From Bacteroidales bacterium (GTDB taxonomy: Bacteria; Bacteroidota; Bacteroidia; Bacteroidales; UBA932), in the NCBI GenBank assembly GCA_017552475.1, contig JAFZPY010000126.1, positions 126 through 64,125 on the forward strand: a stretch of DNA of 64,000 nucleotides. Reading direction: 5' to 3'. The notes beneath the pieces are model-generated. The model saw only the letters and a list, made by a program, of their open reading frames with translations. It searched no databases and was not told where the DNA came from. Position 1 is the stretch's first letter. Each line of letters begins with the position of its first letter. This document shows positions 17,706 to 29,800 of the stretch, piece after piece. The translations under genes and the position numbers were made by a program.

Positions 17706-19112
17706 TTAGAAATCAAAGTAGCGCTTAGCGTTATTGTAGCAAATATCTTCCACCATCCTGCCGATGAAGTCCAGCTGGGATTCCGGGAGTTTCCCATCTT
17801 CAATGTCTTTTCCGAGCATGTCACAAAGTATGCGTCGGAAGTACTCATGACGGGGATAGGAAATAAAACTGCGGCTGTCAGTGAGCATTCCCACGAAGCG
17901 GGAGAGAAGGCCCAGACTGCTCAGGGAATCCATCTGGCGACGCATTCCCACCTCGTGGTCCATAAACCACCAGCCGCTGCCGAACTGCATTTTCCCGGGG
18001 ACAGAGCCATCATTGAACGTATAAGCCATAGCCATCATGACATCATTATCCTTGGGATTAAGACAATAAAGAATGGTCCTGGCAAGTTTGTTCTCCTGTA
18101 CCAGGCGGTCAAAGAATCGGTGTCCTGCCGATGCAATATTCAAATCATGAATAGCGTCAAATCCAGTGTCGGCACCAATCTCGGCAAACATCCGGGTATT
18201 GTTATTTCGTATGGCGCCAATGTGGAATTGCTGTGCCCACCCGGCCTCGGCATCCATTACAGCCTGATCGTGAAGGAATGCACTGCGGAACTTTTCCAGT
18301 TCGCCGGCATCGGGAGCGACTCCTTGCAACACCTTCACAAAAATGGATTCTATTTCGGACTCTTTATATGGGGCCGAACAGAAGTTCTCAAGGCCATGGT
18401 CAGACAGTTTACAGCCGTTGGCGGCAAAATAGTCATGGCGCTTCTGAAGGGCCTCACGAAGCTCAGAGTAAGAGCCAATGGACATTCCGGCGGCCTCTTC
18501 CAGACGCCGGATATACTGCCTGTAAGATGACGGACGCTCAACAGCCATGGCACAGTCCGGGCGCCAGGCAGGAATAATCCTGGTGCCAAAAGGATTTGCC
18601 GCAATCATCTTGTGATAGCGCAGGTCATCAGCCGGATCGTCGGTGGTACACACGACTTCCACGTTAAACTTGCGGATGAGCGCCTGTCCCCGGAACCCCG
18701 GCAATGCAAGTTTTGCATTGCATTCCTCAAATATTTCCCGCGCAGTAGAAGGGCCCAGCAGTTTATCAATCCCGAATACCCTTGAAAGCTCAAGATGCGT
18801 CCAATGATACAGCGGGTTACGCATAGTATAGGGAACTGTTTCGGCCCATTTCTCAAACTTCTCCCAGGAAGACCTGCGACCGGTGATGTACTCCTCCGGG
18901 ACCCCATTAGCCCTCATTGCACGCCACTTATAATGATCCCCTCCAAGCCAAAGTTCCGTGATATCACGGAACCGGATGTTCTCCGCAATTTGACGGGGCG
19001 ACAGATGGCAATGATAATCAATGACCGGCATCTTCTCCGCATGCTCATGATAAAGCGTGCGGGCCGTCTCCGTCCCGAGCATGAAATCAGGGTTGATGAA
19101 GGCCATATCCAT
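17706..19112 (-). CDS. uxaC: Glucuronate isomerase
   Basis: IDYHCHL, GGDHYKWRAMR, CTTDDP, GWWF, GMLTDSRSF.SY.RHEYFRR. Confidence 0.97.
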   Translation of the reverse strand: MDMAFINPDFMLGTETARTLYHEHAEKMPVIDYHCHLSPRQIAENIRFRDITELWLGGDHYKWRAMRANGVPEEYITGRRSSWEKFEKWAETVPYTMRNPLYHWTHLELSRVFGIDKLLGPSTAREIFEECNAKLALPGFRGQALIRKFNVEVVCTTDDPADDLRYHKMIAANPFGTRIIPAWRPDCAMAVERPSSYRQYIRRLEEAAGMSIGSYSELREALQKRHDYFAANGCKLSDHGLENFCSAPYKESEIESIFVKVLQGVAPDAGELEKFRSAFLHDQAVMDAEAGWAQQFHIGAIRNNNTRMFAEIGADTGFDAIHDLNIASAGHRFFDRLVQENKLARTILYCLNPKDNDVMMAMAYTFNDGSVPGKMQFGSGWWFMDHEVGMRRQMDSLSSLGLLSRFVGMLTDSRSFISYPRHEYFRRILCDMLGKDIEDGKLPESQLDFIGRMVEDICYNNAKRYFDF

Positions 19113-19774
19113 TATGCTTTAAACCAACCGATACACTTCCTGCAGAGAACGGATATGGAATCCCAATCCCCCGCCTGTATTATTTCCTTAGGGAAAAGCT
19201 TTGAGCCCATACCGACGGCCGTCACACCTGAACGCGCCCAGGCTGCCAGATTCTCCTCAGTGGGCTCGACGGCTCCGGTCGCCATCAGCATGGCCCAAGG
19301 AAGCGGAGCCAGGACATTTTTCACAAAGTCCGGTCCGCCGACCGTGCCTGCCGGAAAGACTTTTATCAAATCACAGCCGAGCTCCATGGCATGTACAATC
19401 TCCGTCACCGTACCACAACCGGGACTGTACGATACGCCACGGCGATTGGCCAGGGCAGCCACGTCTTCGACCATGCATGGAGAAACCAGGAAATCGGCTC
19501 CCATCTGTAAATACAGCGAGGCGGTATGCGCATCCAGAATAGTCCCGGCTCCCAATGCCATCCCGGGGCAATCCTTCCGTACAAACGCCGCCACCTCATC
19601 AAACACCTTATGGCATCCGTCTCCGCGGTTCGTAAACTCAAAAGCCCGGATGCCGCCGTCATAGCAGGCTCTCACCACCTTTCTGGTGAGTTCCACATCA
19701 TTATTGCAGAACACCGGAACAATGCCGGTATTGCGAATGATATCAAGTGTATCTATCTTACTGAATTTTGCCAT
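19112..19774 (-). CDS. eda: KDPG/KHG aldolase
   Basis: FEFTNRG, GAGTILD, KVFPA, MATGAV. Confidence 0.93.
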   Translation of the reverse strand: MAKFSKIDTLDIIRNTGIVPVFCNNDVELTRKVVRACYDGGIRAFEFTNRGDGCHKVFDEVAAFVRKDCPGMALGAGTILDAHTASLYLQMGADFLVSPCMVEDVAALANRRGVSYSPGCGTVTEIVHAMELGCDLIKVFPAGTVGGPDFVKNVLAPLPWAMLMATGAVEPTEENLAAWARSGVTAVGMGSKLFPKEIIQAGDWDSISVLCRKCIGWFKA

Positions 19775-19776
19775 AA

Positions 19777-20814
19777 TTATCGTGAAACGCGGCCGGATCC
19801 GCCGTTTTTAATAAGTTTTTCCACTTCAGCCGTTGTAACCCGGTTGTAGTCACCAAAAACAGTATGTTTAAGAGCCGATGCAGCCGCTGCGAATTCTATT
19901 GCTTCCTGATCGGTATCATATGTTAACAATCCATACAGAAGCCCTCCCATAAAGGAATCTCCAGCGCCCACACGGTCCACTATATGGGTAATATCATAAC
20001 GACGCGACTGCCACAAAGTCGAGCCGTCATACAAAACACCTCCCCACGTGTTGTGGCTGGCATTGATGCTGCCGCGCAGAGTAACAGCCACCTTGCGGCA
20101 ACGCGGGAAGCGCTCCATAAGCTGACGGCATACGCTGACAAAAGCACTCTGGTCAATCTCGCCTCCGGCCTTTTCCGCATCAAAGCCCTCCGGCTTAATG
20201 CCAAATTCTTTCTCGGCATCCTCTTCGTTGCCAAGAATAAGATCGCAACCGGCTACAAGGGAAGGCATAACCTCCGATGCGTTCTTTCCATAACGCCATA
20301 GCTTCTCACGGTAGTTAAGGTCGCAGGAAACTTTCACGCCCATTTCATTGGCTGCCTGAATAGCCTCCCTGCACGCGTCCGCAGCCCCTTGAGACAGGGC
20401 CGCTGTGATACCCGTCCAGTGAAACCAGTCCGCGCCTTCAAGCACTTTGCGCCAATCTATCATGCCCGGGAGGATTTCTGAAATAGCGCTATGGGCGCGA
20501 TCATATACCACCTTGGAGCCACGGGCGACAGCGCCGTTCTCCAGATAATAAATTCCCATGCGTTCCCCACCCCGGATAATGCCGTCAACGTTGACGCCTA
20601 GGGCTTTAAGCTCCCCCACGCACGTCTCGGCAATTTCATTTTGGGGAAGACGGGTGACAAAATGGGCCTCAACTCCATAATTAGCGAGAGAAACGGCCAC
20701 GTTGGCCTCTCCTCCGCCAAAATTCACATCAAACTGCCGGGCCTGGGAGAAGCGCAAATACTCCGGAGGAGAAAGCCGGAGCATTACCTCACCGAATGTA
20801 ACTACTTTTGACAT
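19777..20814 (-). CDS. kdgK: 2-keto-3-deoxygluconate kinase (PfkB family)
   Basis: [33 protein letters not shown]. Confidence 0.93.
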   Translation of the reverse strand: MSKVVTFGEVMLRLSPPEYLRFSQARQFDVNFGGGEANVAVSLANYGVEAHFVTRLPQNEIAETCVGELKALGVNVDGIIRGGERMGIYYLENGAVARGSKVVYDRAHSAISEILPGMIDWRKVLEGADWFHWTGITAALSQGAADACREAIQAANEMGVKVSCDLNYREKLWRYGKNASEVMPSLVAGCDLILGNEEDAEKEFGIKPEGFDAEKAGGEIDQSAFVSVCRQLMERFPRCRKVAVTLRGSINASHNTWGGVLYDGSTLWQSRRYDITHIVDRVGAGDSFMGGLLYGLLTYDTDQEAIEFAAAASALKHTVFGDYNRVTTAEVEKLIKNGGSGRVSR

Positions 20815-21977
20815 AATATCTTTGAAAGAGCATATTCAATACCTCTCAGCTCGGCAAGCGAGCGGAGACGTCCATAACAAGAATATCCGGGATTGGATTT
20901 CCGGCCCAGGTCATCGCACATCTGGTGGCCATGATCAGGTCGAAGATATATATTGAACCTGCGCCTTTGCTCCACTTCAAGCATGGCCTTCATCATATCG
21001 CAGACAGAGACATCTCCTTCAAGCAGATTCGCTTCATAGAAATTGCCGTCAGCGTCACGCTTGGTGGAGCGTAGATGCACAAAGTCTATGCGGTCGCCGA
21101 ATTCGCGCATCATGGCCGGGCAGTCATTGTCAGCCCGTACGCCAAAAGAGCCCGTACACAGATTCAGGCCGTTGGCCGGGCTGGGGACAGCAGCGACGAG
21201 ACGGCGGAAATCTTCAGCCGTGGACATGATACGGGGAAGACCCAGAATAGGGTATGGAGGGTCATCCGGATGAATCACCATACGTGAACCCACCTCCTCG
21301 CAGACCGGGCATACCTGCTGCAGAAAGAAAATGAGATTGTCGCGCAGCTGTTCTGCATCTATGTCTTTATAGCGATCCAGTTCCTTCTGGAACTGTTCCA
21401 GAGTGAAGCTCTCCTCGCTGCCGGGGAGTCCGGCAATCATATTACGGGTCAGGACCTGTATTTCAGAGGGAGACATCGCCTGATGACGGGCCTTGGCACG
21501 TGCAATTTCTTCCGAAGTATAGTCATCCCCGGCGCCGGGCCTTTTCAGAATATACAGGTCGAAAGCCATGAAGGCGGCTTTCTCAAAGCGGAGGGCCAGG
21601 GAGCCGTCGGGCATCTCGTATGAAAGATCCGTACGGGTCCAGTCCAGAACCGGCATGAAGTTATAGGTTATGACATGAATGTCACATGCTGCAAGGTTCC
21701 GGACAGATTGTTTGTAATTTTCGATATAATGGAGGTAATTCCCTTCGCGGGTTTTGATGTGCTCATGAACAGGGACGCTCTCGACCACGCTCCATACAAG
21801 GCCTTTGGAAGCACATTCATCCTTGCGTTTCTGTATTTCATCCACGGTCCACACTTCCCCGTTGGGAATATGGTGAAGAGCAGTCACAATATCAGTCACT
21901 CCCGCCTGCCGGATATTTTCCAGCTTCACGGGGTCGCCTGGGCCATACCAGCGCCAGCTTTGTTTCATCATGTACAT
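20802..21977 (-). CDS. uxuA: Mannonate dehydratase
   Basis: [30 protein letters not shown]. Confidence 0.97.
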   Translation of the reverse strand: MYMMKQSWRWYGPGDPVKLENIRQAGVTDIVTALHHIPNGEVWTVDEIQKRKDECASKGLVWSVVESVPVHEHIKTREGNYLHYIENYKQSVRNLAACDIHVITYNFMPVLDWTRTDLSYEMPDGSLALRFEKAAFMAFDLYILKRPGAGDDYTSEEIARAKARHQAMSPSEIQVLTRNMIAGLPGSEESFTLEQFQKELDRYKDIDAEQLRDNLIFFLQQVCPVCEEVGSRMVIHPDDPPYPILGLPRIMSTAEDFRRLVAAVPSPANGLNLCTGSFGVRADNDCPAMMREFGDRIDFVHLRSTKRDADGNFYEANLLEGDVSVCDMMKAMLEVEQRRRFNIYLRPDHGHQMCDDLGRKSNPGYSCYGRLRSLAELRGIEYALSKILCQK

Positions 21978-21982
21978 AAGCC

Positions 21983-22801
21983 TTAGATGCTGAATGTGTT
22001 AAACCCGCCGTCAACGGGAGCGATAGTGCCAGTGACGCCCTTGGAAGCGTCGGAGGCCAGATAATGAAGAGTCCCTGTCAGCTCATCTGGTTCAAGGAAG
22101 CGGCCGAAGGGGGTATGGGAAAGAATCTTGTGGGACCGGTCGGTGAGAGAGCCGTCAGGATTGGTGAGAAGGCTTCTGTTCTGGTTGGTCAGGAGAAAAC
22201 CCGGAGCGATGGCGTTGACGCGGATTCCTTCCCCGAATTTAAGAGCAAGCTCACCGGAAAGCCACTGCGTCCAGCTGGCCATACCGGCTTTGGCTATGCC
22301 GTACCCGGCGACGCGAGTGAGCGGGCGGAAAGACGACATGGAGCAGAAATTGATTATGACTCCTTTGCCCTGAGCCACCATTGGTCCTATGAAAACCTTT
22401 GTTGGGATGACCGTTCCGAAAATATTCAGCTCACAGACGCGCTTCATTGCATCTATATCCAGGTCGGCGATGGTCTGGTCCGGCTGCACGTTGGCCGGGC
22501 CCATGTTGCCCCCGGCGGCATTCATAAGAATGTCAATGGTGCCATAGGCTTTGATGATATCACGGAGATTATCCTTCAGCACTTCCTCATCAAGCACATT
22601 GGTCGGGAGGAACAATGCCTCTCCCCCGTCTGCTTTAATCTCCCCGACCAGTTTCTCTCCAATCCCGCGGGCGCGCTCCAAATCCAGGAGAACGACTTTA
22701 CAGCCCTGGGAAGCAAAATATCTTACAATGGTAGCACCCAGAACTCCACAAGCTCCGGTCATCACCACCACCTTGCCTTTGATGTCAAAGAGTTGATTCA
22801 T
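21983..22801 (-). CDS. uxuB: D-mannonate oxidoreductase (SDR family)
   Basis: [33 protein letters not shown]; adjacent to uxuA. Confidence 0.85.
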   Translation of the reverse strand: MNQLFDIKGKVVVMTGACGVLGATIVRYFASQGCKVVLLDLERARGIGEKLVGEIKADGGEALFLPTNVLDEEVLKDNLRDIIKAYGTIDILMNAAGGNMGPANVQPDQTIADLDIDAMKRVCELNIFGTVIPTKVFIGPMVAQGKGVIINFCSMSSFRPLTRVAGYGIAKAGMASWTQWLSGELALKFGEGIRVNAIAPGFLLTNQNRSLLTNPDGSLTDRSHKILSHTPFGRFLEPDELTGTLHYLASDASKGVTGTIAPVDGGFNTFSI

Positions 22802-22802
22802 A

Positions 22803-25349
22803 TCATTTTTTCATCTTTAATTGCAGATGCCTCCGGTTCTTGACCAGATAGACCATGCATCCGCTGTTGTCTTCACGGAGAAGCGGCAAATCCACTTTTT
22901 CCTCCCGATCCAGCCATAACTCGGCATCCACGCCTTCAGGAATATCCAGCGAAATGATGCTACGGCCTTTTTTTCTCAGAGATTTGAAATGGACAGGCCC
23001 TTTCAGGGTCCAGACATCAAACTCCGCCTGCTCCAGGCCGGCCGGTTGCGGCCGGATTTTAATCAGGGAACCGTCGGAGGCAAGCGGAACAATTCCGGCT
23101 ATTCCCTGGCTAAGTGCAATCAGCGGCATGACGGCGCAATGACTCCACTGCGAAGTATTGTCCGGCTGCGCGTCGAAAAACTCTTCCAATGTGTTATTCT
23201 CCCAGACGGAGCGCATGCCTCCCCAGCGTGTGCGAAGGCTTTCAAGGACCACATCCATCCTTCCGTACTTCGCAAGGGCCCACATTGGCCACACAAGGTT
23301 GCACGGATAGGAAACGCCCAGATTTTCAGGCTGGTTCACCAGAATATCCAGACATTCCGTATACTCACCGCCGGGGCACATGTCATACAGGAGGGCCGTT
23401 GCAAGCGACCGGTCGCAGTAGCGGTCTCCCCCGTCCTCTTCCCTCCAGGGAAGATTGAGTACAAAGACTTTCTTGTCGCTGTCCCAGAAGCGCCGTACGC
23501 AGGCCTCAAGGATGTCATCGCCATAAGAAAGCGCATCTTCCTTAAGCTCCGGAGCGCCAAACACATCGCAGAGCGGCGCCAATGCATAACGACACATGGC
23601 AGCCACGTAGAGGTTCAGGGCAAGCTGCTTTTCACGGTCATTGCGATATGCTTTCTGATCCATGTAGACCGAACACATGCCCAGCCCTACGGATGGAATC
23701 AGGTGTTCTTCCCGGTCAGTCAGCGTCTTGAGATAATTGTAGAACTTGACCAGCCTCGGAAAGACCTCCATCAGGTTTTCCTTTTTCCCAGTGTACATGT
23801 AATAGTTGTAAACATCGAAGACAAATCCGACGCTATGATCGAGAATCGGGCCCCAGGCCGTCAATTGCAACTGCCGTTCAAAAATTCTTACCATCCTGTC
23901 CCACCCAGGCCAGCTGTCCATAAAGAAGCCTTCCAGGGAGCTGCCCTGGCTAAAGGTATTGATATACCGGGCAAGCAGGCTGTCCGGGCGGAAGAACTGA
24001 TACAGGGCATGTATCTGATGACCGCCATCACCGCTATACTGCTGGCGCTCACGGGCCATACCGTCAACAATGGTTTCCTGTGCGCAGTTATTTATTGTAT
24101 TTACGGTAGCGTCTATCACCCTCTGAAGGGTGTCGTCAGACACCTTGATCTCAGGCCGCACCGTCCAGGGATAGGTTCTCCTCCGCATACCGATGTCCGA
24201 GAGGGTGACCGGTCGGTCAAAGCCCCTGATAAGGAATTGTACCCAGCGATAACTTTCGAAATCGAAAGTCTCAAAGCGGTTGATTCCCTCGCGGCAGATA
24301 AAGCGCGTCCACGAATGGAAATGCGAATTCAGGATGGCGGCATGCCCGGGTTCGTGCGCTTCATGTACCAGCATCTCGATGATGGTACCCTCCGGCGCAT
24401 CTATTGTGAAATAGGGAAAGCCTACACCCTGTTCGTCGAATGCAAAAACATACGAGACCGTCTTCCCTCCCTGCGGTTCAATCACAAATACGTCATCCTC
24501 CATACCAGGCTCCAGCACCTTCCACTCATCAACGGAATAAGCAGTCTCATCCATTGCCAAGTCAAAGAAATCCTCAACCGGGACCTTCCAGTCCACCAGC
24601 ATTGTCTCCCTTAGTTTTGGATGACTTATCTTTTCTTCTCTGAGCAAGGGAACGGAGCGCTGCCGCAATTCGACATCGTCGCGGTTATTACGGCTCTCCC
24701 AAAGGTAGTCGCGGTACTGATTGCAGACAGAGGGTTTGTCTCCCCTTCCGTACGCACGTGCAGAAAGCCATTGGCCGTCCATGGCATAATCCGGATCAGT
24801 CCAGCCTAAAGGATAGGTTCTTGCATCGAAGCACTCCTGAAGGGAACGCAGGAACCATCTCTTGTACTTGCCAGGCTCCCAGCTGCGGGCCACTTGACAG
24901 TGCCAGGAAGTATCTGTAACTATATTCTCACCAGCTACATTTACATTCATCAACAGACCCGGCTTACCAATAGGATCGGTCCCGTCACCGCTGCCGTAGA
25001 AACATACTTCGACCGCAATCGTATTGCCCCCTACCCTGAGATAGGGAGCAATATCGACAGGGTCTGCCTCCTGCCATCTTGGGTCGGATGGGGCGGGCCC
25101 CCACTGTACCCTCTCCCCGTTGACGAAGAGACGATACCGGCTGTCCGCCACAATCCATCCCCGGGCCTCATCTGGCAATACTCTAACCTCAAAATCCTTT
25201 CGAAAGAGTACGAAGGTGTTCTGGGGAGTCCTCGTCGAGGGATACCAAATCCATCTGGCGGGCTGAAGGTCCAGCACATCACCGTAGTCTTTCGCGTGCA
25301 GAGCGGCACACAAAAGCAGCGAGGCGGCAAGAGTGAAGAGTTTTCTCAC
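22803..25349 (-). CDS. Alpha-L-rhamnosidase-like GH78 family protein (exported)
   Basis: Rhamnosidase N-domain (ADSRYRLFVNG), DGMARERQQYSGD, SQWSHC. Confidence 0.75.
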   Translation of the reverse strand: MRKLFTLAASLLLCAALHAKDYGDVLDLQPARWIWYPSTRTPQNTFVLFRKDFEVRVLPDEARGWIVADSRYRLFVNGERVQWGPAPSDPRWQEADPVDIAPYLRVGGNTIAVEVCFYGSGDGTDPIGKPGLLMNVNVAGENIVTDTSWHCQVARSWEPGKYKRWFLRSLQECFDARTYPLGWTDPDYAMDGQWLSARAYGRGDKPSVCNQYRDYLWESRNNRDDVELRQRSVPLLREEKISHPKLRETMLVDWKVPVEDFFDLAMDETAYSVDEWKVLEPGMEDDVFVIEPQGGKTVSYVFAFDEQGVGFPYFTIDAPEGTIIEMLVHEAHEPGHAAILNSHFHSWTRFICREGINRFETFDFESYRWVQFLIRGFDRPVTLSDIGMRRRTYPWTVRPEIKVSDDTLQRVIDATVNTINNCAQETIVDGMARERQQYSGDGGHQIHALYQFFRPDSLLARYINTFSQGSSLEGFFMDSWPGWDRMVRIFERQLQLTAWGPILDHSVGFVFDVYNYYMYTGKKENLMEVFPRLVKFYNYLKTLTDREEHLIPSVGLGMCSVYMDQKAYRNDREKQLALNLYVAAMCRYALAPLCDVFGAPELKEDALSYGDDILEACVRRFWDSDKKVFVLNLPWREEDGGDRYCDRSLATALLYDMCPGGEYTECLDILVNQPENLGVSYPCNLVWPMWALAKYGRMDVVLESLRTRWGGMRSVWENNTLEEFFDAQPDNTSQWSHCAVMPLIALSQGIAGIVPLASDGSLIKIRPQPAGLEQAEFDVWTLKGPVHFKSLRKKGRSIISLDIPEGVDAELWLDREEKVDLPLLREDNSGCMVYLVKNRRHLQLKMKK

Positions 25350-25361
25350 GGTCTGACAGGT

Positions 25362-26840
25362 TTAAAATCCCGGATTCTGCCACATGACCGTCTTGTCATT
25401 GTAGTTGGCGATCTCCTGACTGGGAATCGCATAGAGATAACGGTCGGTGGTAGCCATCTTATACAAGCCGTTTTCGTTCTCGGCACGTCTGAGGAATGCG
25501 TCCATCACTTCTACAGCCTTGCCCCAGCGCACGAGGTCGAGCCAGCGAAGGCCTTCGAAAGCGAACTCAACGCGGCGCTCCTGCATGATAGCCTCGCGGA
25601 ATGCCGCCTGGTTGGGAGTCGTTGTCGCATCAAGGTCAGGCAGACCTGCACGTGAACGGATCTTGTTGATGTACAGGAAAGCATCGCCCGCTGCCTGATA
25701 ACCGGCCTCGTTAAGGCACTCGGCATACATCAGAAGGACATCGGAATATCTGACTACGGGCATATTGATAGCGAAATCATTGTTATTCACGGGAGTAGCC
25801 GTGTAATGAAGCCACTTGCTTATGTACCAGCCGGTTCTGGGAGCGTCGCCAACTATGACGTCGGCAACGACGGACTGGTCCTTGCGCAGGTCGCCCGGTT
25901 CGTACGCATCAATCAGGTCTGTTGATACTTCCAGGAATGCGGAAGCGCCGGTGAAGGGAGTGAGCGTTCCATGATAGCCGTCGGGCATGAAAGAGTTCGG
26001 GAGGATGTTGCCCTCGCCGAGGCCGCCGTTGGTGAACTGTATCTCCCATACACGCTCTTTGGAGTTGTTGAAAGCGTCATCGAAGCAATCTTCATAATTC
26101 TCGGCCATCTCATATTTCCGGGAAGTGATGATGTCGCTAAGCAGCGGCTTGGCATCGGAGAACTTGGACTGGAACATGTAGAGACGGGCGAGTCCGGCCT
26201 CGGCGGCGTACTTGGTGATCCTGCCGATGTTCTTGCCGGTCCATTCAGCGGGAAGCAGGGCAATAGCAGCTTTGTAGCCTTCTGCAGCGAAGGCAAAAGT
26301 CTCTTCCTGGGTAGAGCGTGCGATGGTCCTGGTCTCGACAGCAGTGTACTCCTTGTCAAGGATGGGGACGCCGCCGAAGGATGTTCCCAGATGATAATAT
26401 GCCCATGAACGAAGCGCCAGGGCTTCACCCTTGATAGCATCCTTTGCCGAGGCATCCGCGAATTCGATATCATCGATGCGTGAGATAATGGCATTGGCGC
26501 GTGACACCACGATGAAGAGTTCCTGCCATAAATCCTGGATATACGAGCCTGTGGCGTCGTCAAGGAACTTGTCGTTCTGGTCGACATAACCGGCTCCGAC
26601 TTTAGTGTCGTCGCTTCGGGTGATAGCCATGCGGAACACTCCGCCAAGATTGTTATAGAGGTCCTGCTGCTGGGCATATACACCGGCTATGGCTACTTCA
26701 AAGTCAGATGCCGTTTTGTAGAAAGCGCCCACGGAATACTGTGACTGCGGTTCCTCGGAAAGAAACTCGTCGCAGCTGGCGACAGCAAACGAAACGATGC
26801 AGAGGACCGGGAGTATATAGGTTCTGATATTCTTTTTCAT
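25362..26840 (-). CDS. susD: SusD/RagB family lipoprotein
   Basis: Lipobox VASC, RYSDVLLMYAE, ERRVEFAFEGLRWLDLVRW. Confidence 0.95.
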   Translation of the reverse strand: MKKNIRTYILPVLCIVSFAVASCDEFLSEEPQSQYSVGAFYKTASDFEVAIAGVYAQQQDLYNNLGGVFRMAITRSDDTKVGAGYVDQNDKFLDDATGSYIQDLWQELFIVVSRANAIISRIDDIEFADASAKDAIKGEALALRSWAYYHLGTSFGGVPILDKEYTAVETRTIARSTQEETFAFAAEGYKAAIALLPAEWTGKNIGRITKYAAEAGLARLYMFQSKFSDAKPLLSDIITSRKYEMAENYEDCFDDAFNNSKERVWEIQFTNGGLGEGNILPNSFMPDGYHGTLTPFTGASAFLEVSTDLIDAYEPGDLRKDQSVVADVIVGDAPRTGWYISKWLHYTATPVNNNDFAINMPVVRYSDVLLMYAECLNEAGYQAAGDAFLYINKIRSRAGLPDLDATTTPNQAAFREAIMQERRVEFAFEGLRWLDLVRWGKAVEVMDAFLRRAENENGLYKMATTDRYLYAIPSQEIANYNDKTVMWQNPGF

Positions 26841-26852
26841 GATGCTGATTAA

Positions 26853-29800
26853 TTAAAATGTGAGACTGGCGCCAAAAATGAGACGACGGCTCAGAGGGTA
26901 TGTGCTGTAGTCCACACCCAGACGGGTAGTGCCGTTGCCGTTGGTATTCGATTCAGGCGTATAGCCTATGTAGTCAGTGAAGATATACACGTTATCCATA
27001 GCCGCATAGACCTTGGCGCCCTTCATATTCACCTTCTTCAGAAGACTTGCGGGAAGGGTGTAGCTGAGGGTAATGTTCTTTATGCGGAGATACGTGGTAC
27101 TGAAAATACGGTTGTCGTCCGCAACACCGCCGCCGGACTGGCCGAAAGCGAATGGAGTCTTGCCGTCCCAGCTCATGTCGATTCCATGCTGCCTGCAGTA
27201 TTCCACAGGTACAGGGTTCTCGCCGGCACCATATTTCGCCTCGAAGTCAGGCTTGTAGCTGGTGAGCCAGTGACGGTAGGAGTTGCGTCCGGAGTTGCCC
27301 AGATTGTTGTGACGGCCACCGATATACATGATCTCGCCGCCGACCTGTCCCTGAACCAGAACGCTCAGCTCAAAGTTTTTATAGGCGAACTTATTGGTGA
27401 TACCATACACGAGGTCAGGGAAGTTATCCCCGCATACCACCATGTCATCGGTCGTAATCTTGCCGTCATTGTTGGTATCCTGATACCTGTAGTTGCCTTC
27501 TTCCTGACCGGCGAGAATAGGGACGGTAGCATTGCCGTTGCTGTCGAAGCAATCAGATGTAAGAATGCCTATGGTCTTGTAGGCGAGGAACTGGCTGAGG
27601 GGTTTGCCCACCTCGGTGCGATACTTCTGGCTCCAGCTGGTCACGTCAAGGACCTGCTGACCGCCCATGTCGGTCACTTTGTTGGTATTGTGCGAAAGGT
27701 TCACGTTGGATGTCCAGCTGAAATCGCCGCTGACGATGTTGGCAGAAGTCAGGTCAAACTCAAAACCTGAATTGCGCACGCTGCCGATATTGGTCGTGAA
27801 AGAGCTGAAACCGGTGGTGTACGGGATGGGCTTGGAGAAGAGAAGGTCTTCGGTGTCGTTGATATAGTAATCAACGCTCAGCTGGAGACGGTTCTTGAAA
27901 GCAGCGAAATCAAAACCGAAGTTCAGGGATTTGGTAGCTTCCCACTTCAGGTCTTCGTTAGGCATGTTGGACGGAGCGGCGCCGGAGACCAGATTGCCGT
28001 TCCAAACGGTGCTATAAGAGCCCAGGGCTGCAACTGACGGATAGTTGCTTCCCATGTTGTCATTACCGGCCTTACCCCAGGAGGCGCGTACCTTGAGGAG
28101 GGACAGCCAGCTTATGTTCTTCATGAAGTCCTCTTTGTTAATCTTCCAGCCCGCAGATACGGAAGGGAAGGTTCCCCATTTGTGGTTTTTGCCGAAGCGG
28201 GAAGAGCCGTCGCGGCGGACACTGGCAGTAAAAAGATACTTCTCGTCATAGTTGTAGCTGAAACGGCCGAAGAAAGAAGCATTCGAATAAGCGTTTTTGG
28301 ACGTCGATGCGACAGTGGGCGTAGGTGCCAGATTGAGAGTTGTAAGATTCTCATAAGTCCAGCCACTTGCCTCTGCGCTGATTACGAAGTAGTTCTGTTT
28401 CTCCGCGCTTTGACCAAGGAGCACATTGAAGGCGTGCTTCCCGATGGTCTTGTCGTAGGTGAGGGTATTCTGCAGGGTCCAGTTGTCAATACGGTAGGAA
28501 TCACTGCTGCCCTCTGATTTATAGCCGTTGCGGTTGATGTTGCCGGGAAGGAAGTATTCGTATTTTCTTCCGTCGTAGGTGTTGCTGTACAGGGTTTTGA
28601 ACGTGAGGCCGTCAATGATTTCATATTCACCCCAAAGGGCGGCATTGATACGGGTATACTCGGTCTGGTCCGTGATCTGGACAAGTCTCAGATACGGGCT
28701 GGGGAATATTTCGCCCACCTCGGTCGCCGAAGGGATGCCGTTATCGCGGGTGGCGGCATCACGGTCTACCAGCGGTGAATGGATGATTGCGTGGTGCAGG
28801 GCGGATTCCTTGCCGCCACCGCCTGCCATGTTGTGTACTGAACGGGATACGCCCAGGTTCAGGCCCACGCGCAGCTTCTTGCTGATATTCAGGGATGCAT
28901 TGACACGGCCGTTGGTCTTGGTGTAATCCGATCCCACAAGGATACCCTGCTGATCCAGATAACCGGCTGACATGAAGATAGACCCCATATCTCCCTTAGT
29001 GGAGGCAGAGACCTGATAACTCTGGATGGGCGCAGTACGCAGCACTTCAGACTGCCAGTCGGTAAAGGTGTCCTTGGTGAGCCACCATGAAGGAATCTGA
29101 TCGGCGATGGCACGGGACGACATCGGATCGCTCATGCTGCCTCCCTTGCGAAGGTGATTAAGGTTGCGGATATACATCTGCTGGGCTACATACTCATAGC
29201 CGTTCTGCAGATCCATGGTCCTCTCAGGGCTCTGCACGCCATAATATGCATCAAAAGTAACGGTGGGTTTACCGGCGCCCTGTTTGGTCTCGATAAGGAT
29301 AACGCCGCTGGCACCACGGGAACCATAGATTGCCGAAGAGGACGCATCCTTCAGGATCTGGATGGAGGCGATATCTGAAGGGTTCAGGTCGCTCATGTTA
29401 TCACGGGGAACGCCGTCAATCACATAGAGCGGATTACTGGTTCCATTGATAGTATTGATACCACGGATACGGATTGAGAGGTCCTCACCGGGCTGGCCGC
29501 CGGAGCTGGCAGAAGAATAAACGCCGGCCAGCTGGCCCTGAAAAGCCTCGCCGATGGTAGCGATCGGACGGTCTTTCATTGCGTCGGGGGAGATTTTTGC
29601 GACAGAGCCCGTCAGGTTTACCTTCTTCACGCTGCCGTAGCCCACAACCACGACTTCGCCAAGAAGTTCGCTGTCCTGTTTCATCACAAGCGTGATGCTG
29701 CCGGGACCCGTGACGGTCTGTGTCTCAGTGATGAAGCCCAGGAAGGAAAACTCCAGTGTACTGCCCTTGGCGGCAGTGAGCGTCCATTTTCCTTCGGCAT

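Noticed and set aside
22989-24614. 541-aa plus-strand ORF
   Set aside because: Antisense to the GH78 gene; no motifs.
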